NCBI GenBank assembly: GCA_001788095.1
Contig: MFZX01000031.1
Span: forward strand, 9,736-73,735
Origin: Candidatus Roizmanbacteria bacterium RIFCSPHIGHO2_12_FULL_37_23
GTDB taxonomy: Bacteria > Patescibacteriota > Microgenomatia > UBA1406 > HO2-37-13b
DNA length: 64,000 nt
Direction of reading: 5' to 3'
The notes beneath the pieces were generated by a model that saw only the letters and a program-made list of their open reading frames with translations, ran no database searches and had not been told where the DNA came from. The first letter of the stretch is position 1. Each line of letters begins with the position of its first letter. The translations under genes and the position numbers were made by a program. This document shows positions 39,339 to 47,757 of the stretch, piece by piece.

Positions 39339-41027
39339 ATGCTAAAACAAAAAGTGTATGAAGCCTTTCGGGAAGCCCTCGGAACAAAAGAAATTACGCT
39401 TCTTAACCCTACTCGACCTGAATTTGGAGATTTCGCAGTGAATATCCATAGATTTGAGTCCGCCAGCTGGCGGAGAGATTCGAAAGTGGAGAATGTCATT
39501 AAAAAACTCGCTCAAAACGAGCTTTTCGAAAAAATTGAGCAGAAAGGAAGCTTTATAAATGTATTCATCAAAATAGAAACTCTTCTGAACGAGCTACAAA
39601 CTATCCAAAAAAAACAAGAAAAATATGGTTACATTGACCAAAAAGGTATACGAATCAATCTGGAATATGGAGATCCAAATACGCACAAACTTCCTCACAT
39701 AGGACACCTGTTCTCGTATGTTGTTGGCGAATCATGGGCACGCATCCTTGAAGCGACAGGAAATACAATATATCGGTGTTGCTATCAAGGAGATGTTGGG
39801 CCTCATGTTGCTAAATGTCTATACGGCATTCAAAGCTCAGGAGCCAGAATTCAGGATCTTGAAAAAAAGTCGCTTGAAGAAAGAGTTTCCTTACTACAAA
39901 AAGCTTATCAAGAAGGGTCAAAAGTATATAAGGAAGACCCTAAAGCAAAGGGTGAAATCGATGAAATTAATAAAAAGATTTACGAAGGAGAACCTTTAGT
40001 CAGAAAATTATGGGAAACAACCCGCTCTTGGAGCTTGGAATATTATCAACAATTCGAAATGAAACTCGACATCTCATATGATCAACACTATTTTGAGAGT
40101 CAAACAAGTGATCTTGGAAAAAAAATCGTACAACAACATTTGGGAAATATTTTTGAGGAAAGTGAAGGCGCAGTTGTTTTCCGAGGCGAAAAACACAACC
40201 TCCACACACGAGTATTTATTACCACATTAGGTACTCCAACTTATGAGGCAAAAGATCTTGCTCTGGTGACATTGAAAGCAAAGGATTGGCCTTTTGAGAA
40301 AGCAATTATAACTACGGCGTCTGAACAAAACGAATATTTTAAGGTTGTCATTAAGGCGATTGAAGAAGTACATCCTGAATTTAAAGATAAAATTTCTCAT
40401 ATCGGTTTTGGCCTTATTGATCTCAAATCAGGCAAAATGTCTTCACGAACTGGTAATATCATTTCAGCGATGGACCTTGTCGCCAATGTAAAAAAGATTG
40501 TTCAGAATGATCTTCTTTCAGAGAACAAAGATGACAAAACTGCAGACATCATTTCTTTAGGTGCAGTTAAATTTGCATTTCTGAAGTCCGAAGCTCGAAA
40601 AAATATTCTTTTCGATATTGAAGAGTCTGTTTCTCTTAAAGGCAACTCCGGACCGTATTTACAGTACGTTTACGCGAGAACGCAAAGCGTTTTACGCAAT
40701 GGAGAATGGAGATTTGAGAGTGGAGAGTGGAATTCTCAAATCTCAAATCTCAATTTTCAAATCGGTCTCGAGGAGCTCGCTCTTCTTCGTTCCTTTCCCC
40801 ACTTCCCAGAAGTAGTTGAAAATGCGGGAACAACATATTCCCCACACTTAATTTGTACATATTTATACGATCTTGCACAAAAATTTAATGCTTTTTATGA
40901 AAAATGTCCTATTTTACAAGCACAAGAAGATGTAAGAGACTTGAGACTTGCACTCACTGCAGCAACCGGTCACATTATTAAAAACGGACTGCATCTGCTA
41001 GGAATTAAAGTTTTAGATAAGATATGA
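39339..41027 (+). CDS. argS: arginyl-tRNA synthetase
   Basis: PNTHKLPHIGHL (HIGH), anticodon-binding C-terminal DALR-type region ...PHLICTYLYDLAQKFNAFY. The ATG at 39339 avoids the repeat. The track ORF begins at 39255. Confidence 0.8.
   Translation: MLKQKVYEAFREALGTKEITLLNPTRPEFGDFAVNIHRFESASWRRDSKVENVIKKLAQNELFEKIEQKGSFINVFIKIETLLNELQTIQKKQEKYGYIDQKGIRINLEYGDPNTHKLPHIGHLFSYVVGESWARILEATGNTIYRCCYQGDVGPHVAKCLYGIQSSGARIQDLEKKSLEERVSLLQKAYQEGSKVYKEDPKAKGEIDEINKKIYEGEPLVRKLWETTRSWSLEYYQQFEMKLDISYDQHYFESQTSDLGKKIVQQHLGNIFEESEGAVVFRGEKHNLHTRVFITTLGTPTYEAKDLALVTLKAKDWPFEKAIITTASEQNEYFKVVIKAIEEVHPEFKDKISHIGFGLIDLKSGKMSSRTGNIISAMDLVANVKKIVQNDLLSENKDDKTADIISLGAVKFAFLKSEARKNILFDIEESVSLKGNSGPYLQYVYARTQSVLRNGEWRFESGEWNSQISNLNFQIGLEELALLRSFPHFPEVVENAGTTYSPHLICTYLYDLAQKFNAFYEKCPILQAQEDVRDLRLALTAATGHIIKNGLHLLGIKVLDKI
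40703..40766. repeat. R5 repeat (ggagatttgagagtggagagtgg-aattc-tcaaatctcaaatctcaattttcaaatc), internally palindromic, in-frame inside argS (encodes GEWRFESGEWNSQISNLNFQI)
   Basis: An inverted partner lies at 41028-41060. Family also at 38382, 50786, 51031, 58529 and 61023. Confidence 0.45.
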
Positions 41028-41620
41028 ATTCTCCACTCTCAAATCTCAAATCTCAAATTAATAAGCGTCCTCTCCGTGTAGGATTCGACCTCGACGGCGT
41101 CCTACTCTATAACCCAGCTCGTATTGCTCGTCACCCAATAACAATTGTAAAACGACTTTTTTTCCCAAAAAGACTCCACACTTTTTACGTCCCACAATCT
41201 GAAATTGAAAAACTCATGTGGCGCGTGTTTCATTGGTCAAGTTTATTTATCGCCCCAGGATTCAACCAGATCAAAGAGATGAGCCATAAAGGCCTCATTG
41301 AACCATATATTGTAACAGCACGATTTGACTTCCTCGAACCTGATTTCAACACGTGGATAAGAAGAATGCGTATTAATGATTCGTTTAAAGGGATATATCT
41401 TAACAAGCAAAACCAGCAACCTCATATATTTAAGGAACAAATCGTAAAGGAGCTCAAACTAGACATTTTTGTTGAAGACAATTGGGATATCATTCAACAT
41501 CTTACTCAGACAACAAAAGCTAAAACATTTTGGATATACAATATTTTTGATCGGGGAATTCAATACGAATACAAATTTCCAACACTAAAAAAAGCGGTTG
41601 AAAAAATAAAAAGTTATTGA
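41024..41620 (+). CDS. HAD-superfamily hydrolase (5'-nucleotidase-like)
   Basis: VGFDLDGVL motif I; 4-bp overlap with the argS stop. Confidence 0.5.
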   Translation: MNSPLSNLKSQINKRPLRVGFDLDGVLLYNPARIARHPITIVKRLFFPKRLHTFYVPQSEIEKLMWRVFHWSSLFIAPGFNQIKEMSHKGLIEPYIVTARFDFLEPDFNTWIRRMRINDSFKGIYLNKQNQQPHIFKEQIVKELKLDIFVEDNWDIIQHLTQTTKAKTFWIYNIFDRGIQYEYKFPTLKKAVEKIKSY

Positions 41621-41630
41621 ACCACTATTA

Positions 41631-41693
41631 ACATGGGTGGCAGTCTCGGAAGGGCTCCGATTTTATCGGAGGAGGCCATGACAGGCCCCATGT
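41631..41693 (+). other. small structured intergenic element: closing stem acatggg/cccatgt enclosing ggtggcagtctcggaagggctcc (copy 2 of the motif at 33511) and hairpin ctccga-tttta-tcggag
   Basis: Manual folding; GC-rich in an AT-rich genome. Confidence 0.35.
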
Positions 41694-41706
41694 ATACAAT
41701 TGCTTA

Positions 41707-42840
41707 ATGAAAAAAATTCTATTCTTTTCACCCTACTTTCACCCTTATATTTCCGGTATTACCGTCTACCCTTTACAAATACTCACCTATCTCGCTCATA
41801 AACATACTATAACCGTTCTCACTTTCCCTCACACAAACGATCTCAAACCCGAAGAAGTCATCAATAACATAACGATTAAACGAATGCCTTTTCTTTTCAG
41901 GATCTCGAAAGGTTTTATTTCTCCTCAATCGCTTATATTCTTCCTTAAGGAAGTTCGGAATCATGATGTGGTATTGCTTAATATCCCTAACTTCGAAGGA
42001 TTATTTCTCGCAATTATTGCAAAAATATATAGAAAAAAAATCATCACCATATTTCATTGCGAAGTTTATTTGGGTAAAAATATAGTACTGCGTGTCATCA
42101 ATGCTTTTCTCAATACGTCAGTATATGTGCAACTCTTTCTTAGTGATACCATAGTCGCCTATCCTGACTACATCAATTCACTCTTAGTTTACAAATATAT
42201 TTCTCATAAGATCCATTACTCACTTCCACCTATTAAAAAATTAAGCATAGATAAGAAAGCGTTAACAACTTTTAAAAAAATAAAGGGAAATACGATATGG
42301 ATTGGATTTGTAGGTAGAATTGCTCGAGAGAAAGGACTTGAATATCTTATTGATGCTGCAAGGAGACTAAAAATAGAAAATCGACAGATTAAACTCATGT
42401 TTGTTGGTCCTTATGGAGATGATGTTTCAGGAGAAAAATCTTATTTTTTTTTAATTAAAAAGCTATTAACCGATTATGGGATTGCCCATGAATTTTTAGG
42501 TAACATTTCAGACGAAGTATTGGGATCTTTTTATAAGAGTATCGATGTACTAGTTCTCCCTTCGATCAATAAAACAGAGGCATTTGGTATGGTTCAAGCA
42601 GAAGCTATGATGTTGGGAACACCGATTATCGCTTCCGATCAAGCGGGTGTGAAACTGCCTGTAAAACTAACTCATATGGGTATATCTGTAAATCCACGAG
42701 ATACACAACAGTTCGTAAATGCCCTCTATAAAGTCATAATACAAAAAGATGTATATAGTAATGAAAAGCTTATTCAAAAAACGCATACTATATTTTCTCA
42801 AAAACCGGTTTTTAATTTATATGAAGAACTCGTTGTATGA
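41707..42840 (+). CDS. glycosyltransferase family 4 (GT-B, retaining)
   Basis: EAFGMVQAEAMMLGTPIIASD (E-x7-E motif). Confidence 0.7.
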   Translation: MKKILFFSPYFHPYISGITVYPLQILTYLAHKHTITVLTFPHTNDLKPEEVINNITIKRMPFLFRISKGFISPQSLIFFLKEVRNHDVVLLNIPNFEGLFLAIIAKIYRKKIITIFHCEVYLGKNIVLRVINAFLNTSVYVQLFLSDTIVAYPDYINSLLVYKYISHKIHYSLPPIKKLSIDKKALTTFKKIKGNTIWIGFVGRIAREKGLEYLIDAARRLKIENRQIKLMFVGPYGDDVSGEKSYFFLIKKLLTDYGIAHEFLGNISDEVLGSFYKSIDVLVLPSINKTEAFGMVQAEAMMLGTPIIASDQAGVKLPVKLTHMGISVNPRDTQQFVNALYKVIIQKDVYSNEKLIQKTHTIFSQKPVFNLYEELVV

Positions 42841-43634
42841 AAAGGTATTCACCAAAACAATTACGTACATATGTTCAAGCATTTCTTAAAAGATATCCGC
42901 TTTTTTTTGCATTCATTCGCTCCCAAGAGGCTTATCTTTTCGATATGTATAGGCCATTACGAAACCCAATATTAGATTTTGGCTGTGGGGATGGGTATTT
43001 TGCAAAAATAGCATTGCATGGTGATATTATTGACGTTGGACTTGATTTGCAAAAAAGCAGGATTAATCAAGCAGAAAAGGAACAAAATTATAAAAACCTC
43101 ACCACATATGATGGAAACACAATTCCTTATCCACATAAGCATTTCCAGACAGCTATTTCAAACTGTGTACTTGAACATATACCTCATTTAGAGGTATCAC
43201 TCAAAGAAATTAGTAGAGTATTAAAACCAGGAGGTCTATTCTTAACATCTGTGATGACTGATCGTTGGGAAGATTATCTCGTTGGTAATAAAATTTTTGG
43301 TAAATCATATGCACGTATTCGTCGCATCGATCAAGATCATCATAATCTTTTATCATATAAACAATGGAGGAATGTATTTAAACAGGCAGATTTTGAAGTA
43401 GTTGAAGAAATCGGTTATCTTTCACCTCGAAATGCAGCCTGGCTTGATGTAATGCATTACGCTTCCTTTCTTTCTCTACCGCTTTATATGCTTACTGGTA
43501 GGTGGGTAATTTTTCCTAAGCTTTATTTTTTATGTAGAATCGATTCGTGGATAACACAGAGAATCCAACTTCCTGTTGATATCAAAAAATCTGCTGCACT
43601 TTTCTATATATTAAAGAAAAGGCGTGGGAAGTAA
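42837..43634 (+). CDS. class I SAM-dependent methyltransferase
   Basis: LDFGCGDGYF motif I. Confidence 0.6.
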   Translation: MKRYSPKQLRTYVQAFLKRYPLFFAFIRSQEAYLFDMYRPLRNPILDFGCGDGYFAKIALHGDIIDVGLDLQKSRINQAEKEQNYKNLTTYDGNTIPYPHKHFQTAISNCVLEHIPHLEVSLKEISRVLKPGGLFLTSVMTDRWEDYLVGNKIFGKSYARIRRIDQDHHNLLSYKQWRNVFKQADFEVVEEIGYLSPRNAAWLDVMHYASFLSLPLYMLTGRWVIFPKLYFLCRIDSWITQRIQLPVDIKKSAALFYILKKRRGK

Positions 43635-43637
43635 AGA

Positions 43638-45383
43638 TTAATTAGCAACCACAACTAAATCAGACGAAAGTTGAATGATTGAAGCTTTGGGATCTTTTTC
43701 TTTTATCTGTCCTATTGCATCGCTACTAAAACGTGGAATAACATATACATACTTTTCAATAATATTGAATCGTGCTAAAACATCGCTCTGATTCACTAAT
43801 GTGCTATGTTTTATACCCGAATCGTTACTAAAGTGAAAAACTTTTTGGACATGATAATTTGGAAAAGCAACGATATACACATTTCTTTTAGGATAATTTT
43901 GTTCAATAAAACGGGCCGCAACAACAGAAATATCGGTATCTTTTCTTGTAGCTTGCTTGAAATATATAAAATTAGATATTCCAAACACGACCAGTAATCC
44001 TCCTCCTAACATAAAAAATATAAATGACTGTTTGAGTAGAATTTTCTCAAAAGGCATTGTCATAAGTAATACCAGCAAAGGGAATACTACAATGATCCTA
44101 TGAAATGCAGGTGGAGGAAGTGTCATAACCATTCCAGTAAAAAATGTGGTAAAGATCGTAAATAGAATAAGACCCACAAGATAATTCTTTTTAATAAAAA
44201 TCAATGAAAATAGTGCACCTACCAGAAATAAAATCAGTGAAATAGGTTCAAACAAAGCTTGAGATCCGAAAAAGAAACCCTGACTACCCCCTATGTCGCT
44301 TATATATAGTGATTTCAGTGATAAAAATACATTATCTATCAATCGTACATCTGTGCTTTTCAAAACATCAACTTGCTGATATCGTTGTAATAAGTATATG
44401 TTTTTTGTTCCGAGCATATAACCAATAAAGGGCAGCATAACAATAGAAAAACCATATATTGATATAAAGATATCTATGAGAAACTTTTTCGATCTTTGAA
44501 AAAGTAGAGCTACAATATACACAATTATCATAAGGGGAAATGCATGATATGATTTCGGATCAAAAAGGTAACAGAAGCCACCAAAAAAACCGGTCATAAA
44601 AAAAGAGAGTTTGGAAGGTTTTTTTAGTGACCGAGCTAGAAAATAAAAAAACCATATAAAAGCTGCGAGTGTGCCTGCGTGCAAAGTAGCTAAAGTATCG
44701 TGATATAAACTTATCGCAAAAAAGGTATACAAAAAGATTGCAATTAAGGTTATTCTAAAAGAAAAAACAAGACGAGCTAAAAGAAAGAAGGCTAAAGCCG
44801 TCAAAAATATATAGGGAAGTGTTGAAAACTTTACACTTAGAAAACTCTCTCCAACAAAACTAAAATATAATTTTTGAATACCTAAGAACAATGTAGCCTG
44901 CTGGCTCACCCATGCAGCGGGATCAATTGGAAATGGACCAAAAAAATTAACCTTAGTAAAATCATATATTGATGTAAAGTAAGCAAGTATATACTCATCT
45001 CCATGCACTCTGTTGATATCCAAAAGAAGTGCTCGAACAAGGGTTGGAACAAGTGAAATGAGAATTGCAGTTTTTAAGATTGAAATATCTTCTTTAGAGA
45101 GTCTTGTAGAAAAAAAGTACAGACTTCCAATCAGAGAAAGCAGCCATAGCAGTATGTAATAGGAATAATAGTGGCCAAAATATATTTTGAAAGCAATAAT
45201 GATACTTAATAGAATAGAGCTTCCTAAAGCCCCATATCTTAATATATTATTAAAGCTTTTTGAAGATTGTAACTTTTGGGTGGTCATAAACGGTAAAAGA
45301 CTCATCAGCCCATTGGTCATTAATTGAAAAATATGGATAAGATGTAAATTCTTGGACCTGCATAAAATCCCCTCTCCCCGCAA
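43638..45383 (-). CDS. polytopic membrane protein, GT-C (ArnT/PMT-like) glycosyltransferase candidate
   Basis: HGDEY acidic motif in the first loop, more than 10 TM helices. True start probably an internal Met, since the track ORF overlaps the upstream gene by 134 bp. Confidence 0.45.
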   Translation of the reverse strand: MRGEGILCRSKNLHLIHIFQLMTNGLMSLLPFMTTQKLQSSKSFNNILRYGALGSSILLSIIIAFKIYFGHYYSYYILLWLLSLIGSLYFFSTRLSKEDISILKTAILISLVPTLVRALLLDINRVHGDEYILAYFTSIYDFTKVNFFGPFPIDPAAWVSQQATLFLGIQKLYFSFVGESFLSVKFSTLPYIFLTALAFFLLARLVFSFRITLIAIFLYTFFAISLYHDTLATLHAGTLAAFIWFFYFLARSLKKPSKLSFFMTGFFGGFCYLFDPKSYHAFPLMIIVYIVALLFQRSKKFLIDIFISIYGFSIVMLPFIGYMLGTKNIYLLQRYQQVDVLKSTDVRLIDNVFLSLKSLYISDIGGSQGFFFGSQALFEPISLILFLVGALFSLIFIKKNYLVGLILFTIFTTFFTGMVMTLPPPAFHRIIVVFPLLVLLMTMPFEKILLKQSFIFFMLGGGLLVVFGISNFIYFKQATRKDTDISVVAARFIEQNYPKRNVYIVAFPNYHVQKVFHFSNDSGIKHSTLVNQSDVLARFNIIEKYVYVIPRFSSDAIGQIKEKDPKASIIQLSSDLVVVAN

Positions 45384-46992
45384 AAAGATCTTTATAAAAT
45401 TTTGACATTTGCGGATACCGTTCCGGTGCAGTTAAAATACTCCCATATCCTCTATTACTTGAAAAAATATAGTAGTCAGCTTGTTTTAAAAGACTATCAA
45501 TACGATTCCATTTATCCGGTGTATCAGGATCAAATACTGGTAATTGATCTATTTTATACAGCAAAGGTGAATCGTAATTTATTGGCAAAGGTAAAGCATC
45601 GTCCCAATGCTCTGTCACAATATGAGAGCCAGCGGGAATATTCTTATATATCCATTGCGAAGCTGTTACTCTGCTGTGAGGACGAGTATAAATTGCCATA
45701 AAACCTAGTGGCCAAATAGATACGAAAATGAGCAATATTGATATAGCTAGTTTTTGATATTTCTTTACTTTCTCTATGATAGTGACGATACCAAAAGCAC
45801 CTATAATCGCAAAAAATGGATATAAAGGATAAAAATATCTCATTCCCATAACAAATTGCGTACTTTGATAAAGAAAAAAACCAATAATCCAGAGAAAAAT
45901 AACATAAAATTCTTTTTTTCTATGTTGCAAAAAATCTCTAACACCGATAAGAACGATTAAAAAATAAGGAATTCCAAGGCCAAAGACTGCTAAATTTATA
46001 AGAGGAAATGCGATTGATTGCTTATGGACCCACTGGACGCCAGGCGGGAACCATACGTTAGGATTCGAATAGGTGTTTAATTGTTTAATATTTTCTATAA
46101 ACTGCGGATTTGGATGGATATCAAAAAAATTAGCATTCGTAAAAAGGCGTGGATCTGCTAAACGTAGAGCGATATAGAAAGTTATTAAAAACAAACCAAT
46201 ATGAATAACCAATGTCATTGGATGTATTGCTGGTGAGTCGATGTTGGAGTAATAACCAACCTTCGATGTTGGTTTGTACTTCAACCTACCGGATCTACGT
46301 CTTAACAAGATTGGGAATTTTTCGTTTATCATTGCTAAGACAATCAAAACAATGATGAGAAAGGTTGGTAGGATGGCCGAGAGCTTTGAAGCAAATGCTA
46401 GACCAAGTATTGTTCCACATAGAGCAATATCAATCGTACGTTTATCGTAAAAATACCGAAGCGAAAAGTATATTGACGCTAATGCAAAAAAAACGAGAAA
46501 TGAGTCTGTTGTAAAAAAATGTGCATTTTGAATAGGTACTACTGCAATCGCATATAAGAATCCTGCAAAATATTTTATTCGATTATCAATCTTATACTTT
46601 TGTTCCCATAACTGCATCATCTTTATGACAAAAATAAGGCTTAAAACGTCAAAAATTGCGCTTAATGCACGGCCATATATGGCCGTTTCGTTATACGTAT
46701 CTACGTTGGAAAAAACAACGAATAACTTATTGAGAGTGAGAGGAAATGTTCCATATACGAAAAAACTGAAGCCAATATTATAAGGGTTTAATGTTGATTG
46801 TGTAGGATTCATGTATTGAGTAATTGATTCAGGTATTTTCATTGCATTTGAAACCATAGTGAGGAAACGCTCATCTGGATGAAGATGTTGGTTTTGATCC
46901 CAATTTAGGCCATATAGTCTAAGTATAAGAGCGAGTAAAACAATGGTTATAAAAAGAAACTTCTGCATTGTAGGACTAAGTAAAAATTTCAA
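45250..46992 (-). CDS. GT-C family 39-like (ArnT / protein O-mannosyltransferase-like) membrane glycosyltransferase; contains an in-frame R1 repeat
   Basis: LHPDERF (DE motif) near the N-terminus, many TM helices. The repeat-encoded segment is LKYKPTSKVGYY. Confidence 0.55.
   Translation of the reverse strand: MKFLLSPTMQKFLFITIVLLALILRLYGLNWDQNQHLHPDERFLTMVSNAMKIPESITQYMNPTQSTLNPYNIGFSFFVYGTFPLTLNKLFVVFSNVDTYNETAIYGRALSAIFDVLSLIFVIKMMQLWEQKYKIDNRIKYFAGFLYAIAVVPIQNAHFFTTDSFLVFFALASIYFSLRYFYDKRTIDIALCGTILGLAFASKLSAILPTFLIIVLIVLAMINEKFPILLRRRSGRLKYKPTSKVGYYSNIDSPAIHPMTLVIHIGLFLITFYIALRLADPRLFTNANFFDIHPNPQFIENIKQLNTYSNPNVWFPPGVQWVHKQSIAFPLINLAVFGLGIPYFLIVLIGVRDFLQHRKKEFYVIFLWIIGFFLYQSTQFVMGMRYFYPLYPFFAIIGAFGIVTIIEKVKKYQKLAISILLIFVSIWPLGFMAIYTRPHSRVTASQWIYKNIPAGSHIVTEHWDDALPLPINYDSPLLYKIDQLPVFDPDTPDKWNRIDSLLKQADYYIFSSNRGYGSILTAPERYPQMSKFYKDLFAGRGDFMQVQEFTSYPYFSINDQWADESFTVYDHPKVTIFKKL
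46235..46300 (+). repeat. R1 repeat variant b lying in-frame inside the GT39-like CDS (RPE-like situation)
   Basis: aaccaaccttcgatgttggtttgtacTtcaacct; translated on the minus strand as YKPTSKVGY. The copy at 39262 gives the same peptide in the spurious ORF 39075-39293. Confidence 0.6.
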
Positions 46993-47755
46993 AAGAAATA
47001 TTCTCTTTTAGGACTCCAAACCCTTCAACAAATGCTCTGAGTGAATCAACTGTTTGTCTCCCTCCGCAAATATAATATTCAAAATCATTGGGATTTTTAC
47101 CTTGGAGCAAAGTCTCAATATGCGCATTAACTCTACCTTGTACATAATGGTTTCCATCAAGCCCTTCCAAACTTTGCTCTCTTGATAAGCAAAGTTTGAA
47201 GTGAAAATTTTTGTGTTCTTCAGCAAGTTTCTTAAATATATCGAACAAATACACGTCTTGTCGATATCGTAGACCGAAAAACAAATAGAGGTTTGGTGAA
47301 CCCGCGAGGTCGTTAAGTCGGTGCATTGGCTCAACGAGAGGATTTGTTTGGTCAGTAACCATCTGAGCGACTTGTTGACTTAGTCGATGCTGTATCATGG
47401 CTTTTATCGGTGCTATACCTGTTCCCGTTCCTAAAAATATTTTGTCTTTGGGTGTGTCTCGGAGTATGAAAACGCCTGCTGGACCTCGAAATTCTGCTTT
47501 TTGACCTACTTGAAGCTGGGACAAATACAGCGAAGCTATTCCTTTTGGAATATATTCAATAATAATCTCAAAGGACTTATTATGTGAAGGAGGTGAACTT
47601 ATAGAATACTGCCTATAAAATTCGCCAATTTTAAGTAAAAGGTATTGACCAGCTTTGATATCAAGCTGTCCTTCATCGAGCGTGAACTCGAATCTCCAGA
47701 CATCTCCCACGAGCTGTTCTTTAGTTGTTAAAGTTGTTGCATAGGTAGTTAGCAT
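46976..47755 (-). CDS. ferredoxin-NADP+ reductase-family flavoprotein (FAD/NAD(P)-binding oxidoreductase)
   Basis: RQYSISS (RxYS FAD site), LGTGTGIAP, YICGG. Confidence 0.6.
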   Translation of the reverse strand: MLTTYATTLTTKEQLVGDVWRFEFTLDEGQLDIKAGQYLLLKIGEFYRQYSISSPPSHNKSFEIIIEYIPKGIASLYLSQLQVGQKAEFRGPAGVFILRDTPKDKIFLGTGTGIAPIKAMIQHRLSQQVAQMVTDQTNPLVEPMHRLNDLAGSPNLYLFFGLRYRQDVYLFDIFKKLAEEHKNFHFKLCLSREQSLEGLDGNHYVQGRVNAHIETLLQGKNPNDFEYYICGGRQTVDSLRAFVEGFGVLKENISFEIFT

Positions 47756-47757
47756 GC

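Noticed and set aside
41631-41693. T-box leader (the GGGTGG resemblance to the T-box AGGGTGGNACCGCG)
   Set aside because: The downstream gene is a GT4 glycosyltransferase, not an aminoacyl-tRNA synthetase or amino-acid gene. The match is only 6 nt, with no specifier-loop or antiterminator architecture.
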